DNA of 37,575 nucleotides from Bacteroidota bacterium (GTDB lineage Bacteria > Bacteroidota > Bacteroidia > M30B66): positions 1-37,575 of the forward strand of contig CANHCM010000003.1 in NCBI GenBank assembly GCA_947459155.1, read 5' to 3'. The position numbers were made by a program, and so were the translations under genes. Below, one piece after another: positions 1 to 10,013 of the stretch (within the stretch, counting starts at the first letter, position 1; each line of letters begins with the position of its first letter). The notes beneath the pieces are model-generated. The model searched no databases. It was not told the DNA's origin and worked only from the letters and a program-made list of their open reading frames with translations.

Positions 1-1302
1 GGTCAAATGTCCTTTCTGCATGTAAGCCGGCAAGCCGAGATGATTCCAGGTGGCGCTTTTTTGCATGGCTTTGAGCGCCAATGTAGAATCGAAATCGCGG
101 ATGCCCTTAAACCACGAATCGGCAATTACCGAAACGCTGTGGTAGCCAATCATGCAATCGGTTTCGTTGGCTGCAAGTTCCCACACGGGCAATCGGCCGC
201 CTTGCTCGTACATCAGCAAAAAGGTCTTGATGAAATCGGCTTGTCGTTTCGGGTATAAAATGGCATACAACGGGTGCGCAGCGCGGAAGGTGTCCCAAAG
301 CGAAAATACGGAGTACACATTATGTTCGGCATAGTGAATTCGATTGTCCATGCCACGGTACTTGCCATCGTTGTCGCTCACCACATTGGGCTGCAACAGG
401 GTGTGATACAAGGCCGTGTAAAACACGCGCTTTTGCGCTTCCGTTCCGCCCTCCACCTGAATTCGGCCAAGGGCGTCGACCCAAAAATTCTTTGCCGTGT
501 TTTTGACTGCTTCGAAACTTCGGTAGTCATTTTCGGCTTCTAGGTTTTGATAGGCACCATCCATCGAGGTGAAGGAGATGCCTACACGCACTTCGAGTTT
601 TCGGTCGATGAGTTTATCGAAATTGAGCAATACGTAATCTTTGGTAAGCACTGCACCATTCGCTTGGCCTTGTGGCACAAAGGGTTCGCTAAATTCCATG
701 GCAAAGTACACGTGTTGTTCTTTCGCCCAGGCGTTGCTGATGCGGTAACCGCGGATTACCCGGTCGCTGATCCATTCAACACCGCTTCGGATGGTTTGGT
801 CGCGGTGACGAAGATCGAGCACCACGGCACCTTTGTTTTCGGCGAAAGTGTAGCGGTGAAAACCCACTTTGGGCAAGGCTGTGAGTTCGGCCTTCACGCG
901 GTGTTTGTCGAGAAACACCTCATACCAGCCGGCCCCGGCCTTTTCGCGGGAATGAGAAAATTTCGAGGCATAATCGCTTCGCTTTTCGGAGGCTTTTCCA
1001 AAAGGCATCGGCATGAGGAGAATGTCGCCATAGTCGGAAACGCCGGTTCCGCTGAGGTGGGTGTGCGAAAACCCATAAATCACCGAATCGCTGTAATGAT
1101 AGCCGCTGCAGCCGTCCCATGAGCCATCGATGCGCGTGTCGGGGCTCAGTTGTACCATTCCGAAAGGCACCGTAGCGCCCGGAAAAGTATGTCCATGTCC
1201 ACCGGTACCCACAAACGGATTCACATAGGCCGTAAAGTCGGGTTGAGCATGGGCCACTATGGAAATGGCAGCCAGAAAGAGGAGTGCAGCAAAGCGAATC
1301 AT
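1..1302 (-). CDS. GH92 family alpha-1,2-mannosidase, 3' end outside window
   Basis: Translated by hand from ATG at 1302: signal peptide MIRFAALLFLAAISIVAHAQ, then YVNPFVGTGGHGHTFPGATVPFGMVQLSPDT, GFSHTHLSGTG and later GRLPVWELAANETDCMIGYHS, all typical of GH92. The same frame reads without a stop at the window edge; absent from the ORF track because the stop codon lies outside the window. Confidence 0.95.
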   Translation of the reverse strand, partial: MIRFAALLFLAAISIVAHAQPDFTAYVNPFVGTGGHGHTFPGATVPFGMVQLSPDTRIDGSWDGCSGYHYSDSVIYGFSHTHLSGTGVSDYGDILLMPMPFGKASEKRSDYASKFSHSREKAGAGWYEVFLDKHRVKAELTALPKVGFHRYTFAENKGAVVLDLRHRDQTIRSGVEWISDRVIRGYRISNAWAKEQHVYFAMEFSEPFVPQGQANGAVLTKDYVLLNFDKLIDRKLEVRVGISFTSMDGAYQNLEAENDYRSFEAVKNTAKNFWVDALGRIQVEGGTEAQKRVFYTALYHTLLQPNVVSDNDGKYRGMDNRIHYAEHNVYSVFSLWDTFRAAHPLYAILYPKRQADFIKTFLLMYEQGGRLPVWELAANETDCMIGYHSVSVIADSWFKGIRDFDSTLALKAMQKSATWNHLGLPAYMQKGHLT

Positions 1303-1306
1303 GCTT

Positions 1307-1314
1307 CGAAAGTA
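1307..1314 (-). promoter_or_regulatory. Bacteroidota sigma70 -7 element variant for the GH92 gene
   Basis: TACTTTCG on the minus strand (consensus TAnnTTTG), 4 nt before the ATG. Confidence 0.45.
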
Positions 1315-1338
1315 CAGCAGATTTTCGCTTTTTAAGCT

Positions 1339-1438
1339 GGGGCGGCTGAACCGGGCTTTACGCTGCTACTCCTCGCCCCGCCCTTTGGCTGCGCTCAGGG
1401 CGCCGGGCTGCGGGGTATTCGCTGCAATCCCTGCCGCC
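1339..1438 (+). ncRNA. Flavo-1-like structured RNA/repeat element, copy 1
   Basis: CCGGGCTTTACGCTGCTACTCCTCGC...GCTGCGGGGTATTCGCTGCAATCCCT closed by GGCGGC/GCCGCC; matches my recollection of the Flavo-1 consensus (CGGGCU..CCGC...AUCCCU); a related copy lies at 24233-24334. Confidence 0.75.
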
Positions 1439-1506
1439 ATTTCGTTCGCCCGGGGCTTGGTGTACAACTCATTTCGACTTGAAGAAAAAAATTCCGAAAA
1501 ACGCAC

Positions 1507-1514
1507 TATTTTTG
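1507..1514 (+). promoter_or_regulatory. -7 promoter element for sprE
   Basis: TATTTTTG = TAnnTTTG, 22 nt before the GTG start. Confidence 0.55.
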
Positions 1515-1536
1515 GCTCCGTCTCGTTAAAACCCGC

Positions 1537-4203
1537 GTGCTCAATTTTCGCTACACCCTTTTCAGCAATTCGCTGTTTGCGCTCCTGGCCGCTATTGGGC
1601 TCCTGGTTAGTGGTTGTTCCACGAAAAAAAACAAGTGGACCAATCGCGCTTACCACAACACCACCTCAAAGTACAATGCCTGGTTTAATGGCAATGAGGT
1701 CATCAAAGAAATTGAGCTCAACCTCAGTACCGCGCACGTCGATAATTTTTACAAGGTCATCCCGGTTTACCGGATAGGCACTTTAGAAGACTCCAAGGCC
1801 GTTGTTCCGCTTTGCGACAAAGCCATCAAAAAAGGCTCGATGGTGATTGCCAAGCACAACATGCTGATTCGGGGCAAGCAGGCCAACCGATACATCGACG
1901 ATGCCTACATGCTTCTCGGAAAAGGGCTGTATTACAAGCGTGAATACTACGCGGCGCTCGAGATGTTTACCTACGTAACCCGCGACGCTGTAAAGAACAA
2001 CAAACGCGACCCTATCCAGCATCTGGCCAACATCTGGCAGGCCCGCGCTTATATCGACATTGGAATGGTTAGCGATGCCCAAATGGCGCTCGACCGTTCG
2101 CTAAACGACAAAGCCCTCCCGCAAAAGGCGAAAACGCCGCTTTACATGGCGCTTACCGATTTTTACCTTCGTCAAAACAACTTTCCCAAGGCACTGGAGG
2201 CCATCAGCGAAGCGGTAAAACACACCAAAAAGAAAAAACTTAAGGCTCGCCTGTTGTTCATTCAGGCACAGCTGCTTCAAAAAACCGAAGATTTGAAAGC
2301 CGCCGGGCTCTTGTATGATCAGGTTTTGAAGATGAATCCGGCCTACGACATGGCGTTTTACTGCCAAATCAACAAGGCCCGTTGTTACAACAGCGAATCG
2401 GGAAACAGCACGGCTATCAGGGCATTGCTGGCCTCCATGCTAAAAGACCCAAAAAACATAGATCTGGCCGATCAGATTTATTATGTGCTGGGCGAAATTG
2501 AAGAGAAGGAAGAGCGCATCGACAAAGCCATCGAGCAGTATAACAAATCGCTGCGCGCCAACACCACCAATACCGCTCAAAAGGGCTTGTCGTACCTGGC
2601 CATTGCAAAAATTCACTTCGCCGATAAGGAATACCGCACCGCAGCGGCATATTACGACAGCTGCATGGCTTCGCTGCCTCAGGACTACCCAGACTACAAG
2701 AAAGTGGAGAACCTGAAGAACGCCTTAGCCGCGTTGGTTAAGCGTTACGAAACCATTGAGCGTTACGACAGCTTACTTCGGATGTCGAATTTAACCGACG
2801 ATCAGCTCGAAAAGAAGCTCGAGGAAATCATCGCCAAACAAGAAGAAGAGGAGCGTAAGCGTCGCCAGCGCGAAGCCGAATTACAAGCCAAAGCCGATGC
2901 CGCCGCAGCAGCCGGGGGTAGCGGTTTGGGTTCGTCGGGCGGTGGCAATGCGCCCGGCGGCAACGGACAGTGGTACTTCTACAACCCCAGTGCTTTGGGC
3001 TTCGGTTTTTCGGAGTTTCGAAAAATTTGGGGCGAACGCAAGCTCGAAGACAACTGGCGACGGTCGAACAAGCAGATGGTTGCTCCGGTTGTGAACGACG
3101 ATCCCGATTCCCCCGGTGGAACGGTTAAAGGACAAGATCCGGACTCGATTGCCAAGCCGAAGACCCGAGCCGATAGTATAGCGGAAGCCAAGAAAAACCT
3201 AAAAAAAGCGCTGCCGGGAACCCCTGAAATGAAGAAGGCTTACGCTGATTCTGTGCGTGAGGCTTTTTATGAGCTGGGTATGATTTACCGAGAGCGGCTT
3301 TCTGACTTAAAAAAGGCCGCCGAAACCTTCGAAGATTTTCTCAAGAAGTACCCCGGAGATCAATCGGAGGCCGCTATTTATTATCAGCTTTACCGCATTT
3401 TTCTGAAGTTGCCCGATGGCGTGAAGGCAGAGCGATACAAAAACCTGTTGTTAAGTAAGTTTCCCGACACCGAATACGCTCAGCTCATCAAAGACCCCAA
3501 TTTCTTCGCCAACGAGAATCGCAGCAAGAAAGAGGCAGAGCTCTTTTACGAAGAAACGTATCGTTTGTATAAGGCGCGCGATTACAAAACGGTGCTTGAC
3601 CGCTGTCGCAGTGCTGAAATGCGTTTTGCCGGGAATGAGTTATTGCCCAAGTTTGGCCTTCTCAAAGCCTTAGCCATTGGTCAAATGCGCGATGTGAACG
3701 CCTTTAGAGCAGCCCTCCAGGAAACGGCTAAAAACCACCCGGGAGACACCGTTGAGGTGAAGGCCAAAGAGCTTCTGAAAAGTTTGGATAAAGCCCAAGG
3801 CATTGGATCGAGAGATTCGGCAACAGTGGCTAAGCCATCGTTCCGCTACAAGCCCGACACCTTGCACTACTTCGTGATTATGTTTGAAGACGTTAAGCTG
3901 AATCTGAACGACTTCAAGATCAAACTGAGCAACTTTAACAACAAGTACTTCTCACTGAAGAATTTGCAGGTGCAATCCCGATTGCAGGGAACCAACTATC
4001 AGGTTGTCATGGTGCAGTCGTTCGAAAACAAGAAAGCAGGGTTCGATTTTACCCAAACCCTCGATAGCGACGATGAGGTATTTGTTGACATTAGTTTAGA
4101 CATTGCCGATATGTTTCTCATTACCCCCAGCAACTTTCAACTGTTGATGAAAGAGGGCAATGTGAAAGACTATGTAAAATTCTATAAGCAGGTTTACGAA
4201 TAA
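1537..4203 (+). CDS. sprE: Type IX secretion system TPR lipoprotein SprE/PorW
   Basis: Lipobox VSGC followed by CSTKKNKWTNRAYHNTTSKYNAWFNG, many TPR-like repeats and WYFYNP...EFRKIWGERKLEDNWRRS; followed by a bactofilin gene as in other Bacteroidota. Confidence 0.9.
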   Translation: MLNFRYTLFSNSLFALLAAIGLLVSGCSTKKNKWTNRAYHNTTSKYNAWFNGNEVIKEIELNLSTAHVDNFYKVIPVYRIGTLEDSKAVVPLCDKAIKKGSMVIAKHNMLIRGKQANRYIDDAYMLLGKGLYYKREYYAALEMFTYVTRDAVKNNKRDPIQHLANIWQARAYIDIGMVSDAQMALDRSLNDKALPQKAKTPLYMALTDFYLRQNNFPKALEAISEAVKHTKKKKLKARLLFIQAQLLQKTEDLKAAGLLYDQVLKMNPAYDMAFYCQINKARCYNSESGNSTAIRALLASMLKDPKNIDLADQIYYVLGEIEEKEERIDKAIEQYNKSLRANTTNTAQKGLSYLAIAKIHFADKEYRTAAAYYDSCMASLPQDYPDYKKVENLKNALAALVKRYETIERYDSLLRMSNLTDDQLEKKLEEIIAKQEEEERKRRQREAELQAKADAAAAAGGSGLGSSGGGNAPGGNGQWYFYNPSALGFGFSEFRKIWGERKLEDNWRRSNKQMVAPVVNDDPDSPGGTVKGQDPDSIAKPKTRADSIAEAKKNLKKALPGTPEMKKAYADSVREAFYELGMIYRERLSDLKKAAETFEDFLKKYPGDQSEAAIYYQLYRIFLKLPDGVKAERYKNLLLSKFPDTEYAQLIKDPNFFANENRSKKEAELFYEETYRLYKARDYKTVLDRCRSAEMRFAGNELLPKFGLLKALAIGQMRDVNAFRAALQETAKNHPGDTVEVKAKELLKSLDKAQGIGSRDSATVAKPSFRYKPDTLHYFVIMFEDVKLNLNDFKIKLSNFNNKYFSLKNLQVQSRLQGTNYQVVMVQSFENKKAGFDFTQTLDSDDEVFVDISLDIADMFLITPSNFQLLMKEGNVKDYVKFYKQVYE

Positions 4204-4245
4204 AATTCTCCTGCAAAAATTCACCGTACATTTCACTAAGCCCGT

Positions 4246-4253
4246 TATATTTG
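4246..4253 (+). promoter_or_regulatory. -7 promoter element for bactofilin
   Basis: TATATTTG in the intergenic region. Confidence 0.55.
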
Positions 4254-4293
4254 CGAGCTGCAATTTTTGCTAACCCTTTCTCTGTCTACGCTT

Positions 4294-4719
4294 ATGTTTA
4301 ACGCCAAGTCTTCTCAGAATCAGTCTTCCAACGAGGTTGCCGGAACCAATCAAATTATGTCGGGAACAACCCTTACCGGTGATGTTGTGTGCGACGGAAA
4401 CATTCGGATTGATGGAAATCTGAAAGGAAACTTGGTGGCCAAAGGCAAGGTTGTAATCGGACCGAACGGGAATATCGATGGTGAGTTGAACTGCCAGAAC
4501 GCCGACATTTCGGGTACCGTTAAAGGGCGTGTTACCGTTCAGGAGTTGCTCACGTTAAAAGCTACCGCAAAGCTCAACGGCGACATTTCGGCCAACAAGC
4601 TTGCCATCGAACCGGGAGCTAATTTCTCCGGAGCCTGCAGCATGGGCGGAATCGTGAAAGATTTTGCGAAACACGGCTCAGGAAACGAGAAACGCGCGGC
4701 TCAGGAAAAACTGGCTTAA
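4294..4719 (+). CDS. Bactofilin (polymer-forming cytoskeletal protein)
   Basis: Beta-helix pattern GTTLTGDVVCDGNIRIDGNLKGNLVAKGKVVIG...LAIEPGANFSGAC; ATG 4294 preferred over TTG 4267. Confidence 0.93.
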   Translation: MFNAKSSQNQSSNEVAGTNQIMSGTTLTGDVVCDGNIRIDGNLKGNLVAKGKVVIGPNGNIDGELNCQNADISGTVKGRVTVQELLTLKATAKLNGDISANKLAIEPGANFSGACSMGGIVKDFAKHGSGNEKRAAQEKLA

Positions 4720-4931
4720 TCTATTCTCCTCAGGTTTCTTAATCGGCTTGGATTAATTTGCGCAAACGCAACAGTATATTTAGTTGCCCGTAAAACCGGA
4801 ATCACCTGAACGGCTCCCGAGAAAAGCTTTCAGCGACAAGAGAACCCCCAGTCAAATAAGATTTTTAGTGGGCTACCGTTCATTGTACATTCAGTATGTT
4901 TTTCGTGCTGAATTCTCAAGGCAATAAATCC

Positions 4932-4939
4932 TACCTTTG
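4932..4939 (+). promoter_or_regulatory. -7 promoter element for PBP1A (likely leaderless)
   Basis: TACCTTTG ends 6 nt before ATG 4946. Confidence 0.6.
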
Positions 4940-4945
4940 GCCTGT

Positions 4946-7210
4946 ATGAAAGGTAAAAAACCGGGAAAGGCAGCCAATGCCAGTGGCACGAACCGATTCA
5001 TCAAATGGGTTTGGCTAATCGTAGCCGGACCGGTACTGTTTCTCTTTTTGCTGGTTATGCTCACTTCGGTGGGGCTCTTTGGTAAACTTCCTACCATTGA
5101 AGACTTAGCCAATCCACGATCGAACCTGGCCTCGGAGATTATCTCCGCAGATCAGGAAATTCTCGGAAAGTTTTACGTCGAAAACCGCAGCAACAGCACC
5201 TTTCAGGAGCTTTCACCACAGCTTGTTGATGCCCTCATTTCGACAGAAGACGCCCGCTTTCATGAGCACGCCGGAATTGATATTCGCGCCTTGTTCCGGG
5301 TTGTCATCCGCACCATCATCGGAGGCGACTCCGATTCGGGCGGAGGCTCCACCTTAACCCAGCAGCTGGCCAAGAACATGTTCCCCAGGGAAGACCTGAG
5401 TAAAATCGGGGTGATTTTCCGTAAGCTTAAGGAATGGATTATTGCCGCCAAGCTTGAGCGGAATTACACCAAGAACGAAATCCTCGCGATGTACCTCAAC
5501 ACAGTAGATTTCGGAAATCAGGCTTTCGGAATCAAAAGTGCGGCAAGGGTTTATTTCGACACCACACCCGACTCGCTGAAGATTCAGGAAGCCGCAACGC
5601 TGGTGGGATTACTCAAAGGGCCATCGTTTTACAACCCGCGCCGAAACTACGAACGCTCCGTTACGCGCCGAAATGTGGTACTCAACCAAATGGTGAAATA
5701 CGGTAAGCTGAGCGAACAGGCGTACGACTCGCTTAAGGGTTTACCGATCGACCTGAGTAAGTTCCAGGCCGAAAGTCACAACGCCGGTACCGCCACGTAT
5801 TTCCGCGAGTTTCTGAGAGAATACATGACCGACTGGTGCAAGAAGAACAAGAAGCCAGACGGCAGCTCCTACAATCTCTATAAAGACGGCCTTCGTATTT
5901 ACACGACCATCAACTCTCGGATGCAAAGCCACGCTGAAGCAGCGGTTCGCGAGCACATGAAAAGCCTTCAAAAGGAGTTTTTCGCCCACTGGAAGGGACA
6001 GAAAAATGCGCCCTTCGCCTACATTCCCGAAAGTAAGATTAAGCAAATCATGCGGCAGTCGATGCTCCGAAGCGATCGCTACAAGCGCATGAAAGAAGAA
6101 GGCGCCACAGAGGCCGAAATTGAGAAAGCCTTCCGCACCAAAATCAAAATGAAGGTGTTCACCTGGAACGGCGATAGCACCGTGGTGATGAGCCCGATGG
6201 ACTCTATTCGCTACAGTAAATTCTTTTTACGCACCGGCGTGATGGCCATGGAGCCGCAAACAGGATACGTTCGCGCCTGGGTTGGCGGCATCAACCAGAA
6301 GTACTTTAAATACGATCACGTTTACACCGGGAAGCGACAGGTTGGCTCCACGTTTAAGCCTTTTGTTTATGCCATCGCCATGCGCGAAGGATGGTCGCCT
6401 TGTACACAAGTTCCAAACATTAACATTTGCATTCCAACACCTTCAGGAGCCTGGTGCCCGTCGAATTCCTCCAAAGCCTACGAAGGAGCCATGGTGCCCT
6501 TGCACGCAGCATTGGCGCACTCCATCAACAAAGTTTCGGCGTACCTGATTAAGCAGTTTGGGGTTCAGCCGGTTATCGACATGGTTCGGCACATGGGAAT
6601 CAAAGGACATATAGATCCGGTTCCTTCAATTTGTTTGGGAACCGCCGACCTTTCGGTGTTTGAGATGACCGGCGCCATGAGCACCTTTGCCAACAAGGGC
6701 GTGTATCTCGAGCCCACGTTCATCACCCGCATCGAAGATAAAAACGGCAACGTTCTGGCCGACTTTGTGCCCCGCACCGACGAAGCCATGGACGAGCAAA
6801 CCGCTTATCTCGTTATTGAATTGATGAAAGGCGTTGTTGAAGGCGGAACCGCAACCCGTTTGCGTGGAAAGTACGGTCTCACCATGCCCATCGCCGGAAA
6901 AACCGGAACCACACAAAACAACTCCGACGGTTGGTTTATGGGCTTAACACCCGAATTGGTTACCGGTGTTTGGGTTGGATGTGAAGACCGCGCCGCCCAT
7001 TTTAGATCAACGGCCCTCGGACAGGGCGCCAATACGGCCCTTCCAATCTGGGGGCTGTTCATGAAAAAGGTGTATTCCGACAATAAGCTTAAGGTTTCTC
7101 GGGCCGACTTTGAACGCCCCAAGACCCTTAGTGTAGAGACCAATTGCAGTCAATACAATCAAACCATCAGTTCGCCCAACAATGGCGAAAACTTCGACGA
7201 TATACCATGA
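4946..7210 (+). CDS. mrcA: Class A penicillin-binding protein 1A
   Basis: N-terminal TM helix; transglycosylase motifs [25 protein letters not shown]; transpeptidase motifs STFK, SIN and KTG. Confidence 0.95.
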   Translation: MKGKKPGKAANASGTNRFIKWVWLIVAGPVLFLFLLVMLTSVGLFGKLPTIEDLANPRSNLASEIISADQEILGKFYVENRSNSTFQELSPQLVDALISTEDARFHEHAGIDIRALFRVVIRTIIGGDSDSGGGSTLTQQLAKNMFPREDLSKIGVIFRKLKEWIIAAKLERNYTKNEILAMYLNTVDFGNQAFGIKSAARVYFDTTPDSLKIQEAATLVGLLKGPSFYNPRRNYERSVTRRNVVLNQMVKYGKLSEQAYDSLKGLPIDLSKFQAESHNAGTATYFREFLREYMTDWCKKNKKPDGSSYNLYKDGLRIYTTINSRMQSHAEAAVREHMKSLQKEFFAHWKGQKNAPFAYIPESKIKQIMRQSMLRSDRYKRMKEEGATEAEIEKAFRTKIKMKVFTWNGDSTVVMSPMDSIRYSKFFLRTGVMAMEPQTGYVRAWVGGINQKYFKYDHVYTGKRQVGSTFKPFVYAIAMREGWSPCTQVPNINICIPTPSGAWCPSNSSKAYEGAMVPLHAALAHSINKVSAYLIKQFGVQPVIDMVRHMGIKGHIDPVPSICLGTADLSVFEMTGAMSTFANKGVYLEPTFITRIEDKNGNVLADFVPRTDEAMDEQTAYLVIELMKGVVEGGTATRLRGKYGLTMPIAGKTGTTQNNSDGWFMGLTPELVTGVWVGCEDRAAHFRSTALGQGANTALPIWGLFMKKVYSDNKLKVSRADFERPKTLSVETNCSQYNQTISSPNNGENFDDIP

Positions 7211-7905
7211 ACAAAGTAGTACACAGTGCCGATGAGGCCATCCACGACATTCCCGACAATGCGGTTTTGGGATTGGGTGGTTTTGGACTCTGCGGAATTC
7301 CGGAAAACAGCATTTCTGCACTCATCCGCAAGGGAACAAAAGGGCTTACCTGCATTTCAAACAATGCGGGGGTTGATGACTTTGGCATTGGCCTCATGTT
7401 GCAAACCCGACAGGTGAAGAAGATGATTTCTTCCTACGTCGGTGAAAATGCAGAGTTTGAGCGGCAGCTGCTCAGCGGTGAGCTGGAAGTGAGTCTCATC
7501 CCGCAGGGAACCCTCGCCACACGACTCCTTGCGGCCGGATACGGCATGCCAGCCATTTTTACACCGGCCGGAGTAGGAACCGAAGTGGCCGAAGGCAAGG
7601 AGGTGCGCCGGTTTAACGACAAAGACTATTTGTTGGAGATGGCCTTCGACATTGATTTTTCGATTGTCAAGGCCTGGAAAGGCGACACCCACGGCAATTT
7701 GATCTTTCGAAAAACATCCCGAAACTTCAATCCACTCATTGCTATGGCCGGAAAAATCACCATTGCCGAAGTGGAAGAACTCGTTCCCGCCGGTGAGCTC
7801 GACCCCGACCACATTCACCTACCGGGCATTTACGTGCACCGGATTTTCAAAGGCTCCGGCTACGAGAAACGAATCGAACAACGCACCATCCGCCCGCGGC
7901 AGTAA
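7207..7905 (+). CDS. scoA: 3-oxoacid CoA-transferase subunit A
   Basis: [28 protein letters not shown]; ATG 7207 overlaps the PBP1A stop (ATGA). Confidence 0.95.
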   Translation: MNKVVHSADEAIHDIPDNAVLGLGGFGLCGIPENSISALIRKGTKGLTCISNNAGVDDFGIGLMLQTRQVKKMISSYVGENAEFERQLLSGELEVSLIPQGTLATRLLAAGYGMPAIFTPAGVGTEVAEGKEVRRFNDKDYLLEMAFDIDFSIVKAWKGDTHGNLIFRKTSRNFNPLIAMAGKITIAEVEELVPAGELDPDHIHLPGIYVHRIFKGSGYEKRIEQRTIRPRQ

Positions 7906-7928
7906 TCACCCCATAACGACAGAAAATC

Positions 7929-8585
7929 ATGCTCGATAAAAACGGCATTGCCAAACGCATCGCAAAGGAAGTAAAGCAAGGTATGTATGTGAATTTGGGG
8001 ATTGGCATTCCCACCCTGGTGGCCAATTACATTCCTGCTGGTATGGACGTGGTTTTACAATCAGAAAACGGGCTGTTGGGCATTGGGCCTTTTCCGTTTG
8101 ATGGCGACGAAGACCCGGATTTGATTAACGCCGGAAAGCAAACCATTACAACCGTTCCGGGCTCTTCATTTTTCGACTCGGCTATGAGTTTCGGAATGAT
8201 TCGGGCCGGAAAGGTTGACCTTACGATTCTCGGAGCCATGGAGGTTTCGGAGACCGGCGACATCGCCAACTGGAAAATTCCCGGCAAAATGGTTAAAGGC
8301 ATGGGCGGCGCAATGGATCTTGTGGCTTCGGCGCGGAACATCATTGTGGCCATGCAGCATGTGAACAAAGCCGGAGAATCGAAGCTGCTTCCTCAGTGCG
8401 AATTGCCGCTTACCGGAATTCGTTGCGTGAAGAAAATCGTAACCGAGTTGGCCGTGCTCGATGTGTTGCCAGAAGGCGGCTTCAGACTGCTCGAACGAGC
8501 TCCCGGAATTTCAACCGAGCAAATTCGAAATGCCACCAAAGGGAAACTGATCGTAGAAGGCGAAATTCCCGAGATGGTCTTGTAA
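7929..8585 (+). CDS. scoB: 3-oxoacid CoA-transferase subunit B
   Basis: YVNLGIGIPT, catalytic LQSENG, GMGGAMDLV. Confidence 0.95.
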   Translation: MLDKNGIAKRIAKEVKQGMYVNLGIGIPTLVANYIPAGMDVVLQSENGLLGIGPFPFDGDEDPDLINAGKQTITTVPGSSFFDSAMSFGMIRAGKVDLTILGAMEVSETGDIANWKIPGKMVKGMGGAMDLVASARNIIVAMQHVNKAGESKLLPQCELPLTGIRCVKKIVTELAVLDVLPEGGFRLLERAPGISTEQIRNATKGKLIVEGEIPEMVL

Positions 8586-8594
8586 TCGAGCCCA

Positions 8595-9986
8595 TTACAT
8601 ATCCAGTCCCAACAAAGTCAACTTGGCATTGCCCAGCAGATTGAGGGCAATGTCGAATTGGTTTTCGCCCACATAGATATCCTGCACCTCCATTTTCTGG
8701 AGATTGCCATTCAAGCGCATCACGTTCTTGTATTGGTATTGGCGCAACGACTCCGACAGGCTCTTTCGGATGGCATTCATTTCGGGCGCAAAAGAAAACC
8801 GGAGTTTTTCCTGGAGCAAATTTCGGAAGGTGCTGCTAAGCAACCAGCTGCCGGCCTTCACCAGCACGTTTCGCGTTTGAATGTCGTAGTCGAGCTCCTC
8901 CAGACTTAACTCATCGGTTGCCGTGTTGTAAACCGGCTTGCCCGACAAATAAAACTCACCCTTCAACGAGCCCGACACCACCAGGTGGACAATGGCGCGT
9001 TCGCCTTTTCCATACACGCGAATGCCTTCCACCTTTAATTTACGCTTTCCATACGAAAATTCCTGTCCAAGCATTTGGCGGGAGGCAATGTCGCTGGCTT
9101 CGTTGAAACCCAGAACGGCCCGCACCTGAACGGTAAACCCGGGGCTGCTTTTTGCGCTTTGACGCAATTCCGGAAGCAGCTTCTTCTCCAGCAACTCCGG
9201 CTTTCGTCCAATGTGGCCTTCGATATACGACTCCAATCCAAATTGCATGAGAATCGATTCCTTGTTGCTGCTAACCGGCGCCATCACCAAAGCGCTGGGG
9301 TTGATTTGAAGCCAGGTTTGTGTGCTATCGTCGAGTAGTACTGGTTCCTGCGCGAGTGCCCAAAGCTTCTCGATTTCCGAGCGGAGGTTAATGGCAGAAT
9401 TCACCTGCCGGTCAACATCGCGGGAGACCGCCTCGAGCTGATCTTCAATAACATCTTCCAACAATCGGTCAATGGGAACATTGATTGGCCCCAACGAAAT
9501 TACCGGCTTGGTTTTCCACTCGAAACCACCCGAGCGAGCGCCTAATGCGAAAGAGTAATCTTTTCGAATTTCAGGTCTTGCCCTCAAAAAAACATCGAGA
9601 TCGAAGCGCGTTTCCTTTTCAACGGCCGGACAAAACGAACAAGGATCCCAACGCCCCAAGGCCCAAATATTTACCGGTACGGTGAACAACAAGTCGCCGC
9701 CCGAAATGCTCAATCGGATGGGCTTCTTGCGCAATACAATCATCTTTAGATTATCGGCTGCCGGACTCGTAAAACTGTTGTCTTCGTAAAGCAAGGTTCC
9801 CACTTTCTTGTTCACCTGGTCCTCAATAAGCTTAATAGGCAGCTCTATCGGGAGGTTAACCGTACTCAAAACACTGCGGAATCGCTTGGTACTCACCGCA
9901 AACTCAGGTTCGGGGGCTTTTACCGTTTTGCAGGAGAAAATCAGGCTAAGCCATAGAAAACAGAGTGCAGACCAATACCTTCGCAT
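8595..9986 (-). CDS. DUF4403-family lipoprotein
   Basis: Lipoprotein signal ending IFSC; S-x-VNLPIELP N-terminal motif and YLSGKPVYN...LDYDIQTRNVLVKAGSWL resemble DUF4403; ATG 9986 chosen. Confidence 0.7.
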   Translation of the reverse strand: MRRYWSALCFLWLSLIFSCKTVKAPEPEFAVSTKRFRSVLSTVNLPIELPIKLIEDQVNKKVGTLLYEDNSFTSPAADNLKMIVLRKKPIRLSISGGDLLFTVPVNIWALGRWDPCSFCPAVEKETRFDLDVFLRARPEIRKDYSFALGARSGGFEWKTKPVISLGPINVPIDRLLEDVIEDQLEAVSRDVDRQVNSAINLRSEIEKLWALAQEPVLLDDSTQTWLQINPSALVMAPVSSNKESILMQFGLESYIEGHIGRKPELLEKKLLPELRQSAKSSPGFTVQVRAVLGFNEASDIASRQMLGQEFSYGKRKLKVEGIRVYGKGERAIVHLVVSGSLKGEFYLSGKPVYNTATDELSLEELDYDIQTRNVLVKAGSWLLSSTFRNLLQEKLRFSFAPEMNAIRKSLSESLRQYQYKNVMRLNGNLQKMEVQDIYVGENQFDIALNLLGNAKLTLLGLDM

Positions 9987-10013
9987 GCCGAAATATTTGC
10001 ACAAAACTACACT

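Noticed and set aside
7-1335. Plus-strand ORFs of 61-191 aa
   Set aside because: Antisense shadows of the GH92 gene.
1259-1777. 172-aa plus-strand and 96-aa minus-strand ORFs crossing the repeat
   Set aside because: They overlap GH92 or sprE, and openness is explained by the GC-rich element.
2890-2970. Ala/Gly-rich stretch in SprE, and the Pro/Ala tail of SecG near 33990-34070
   Set aside because: Low-complexity protein linkers, not DNA repeats.
4720-4930. Long intergenic region as a possible sRNA, small ORF or gldH remnant
   Set aside because: No convincing stem, terminator or recognisable ORF; the minus-strand ATG frames I read were 17 aa or shorter.
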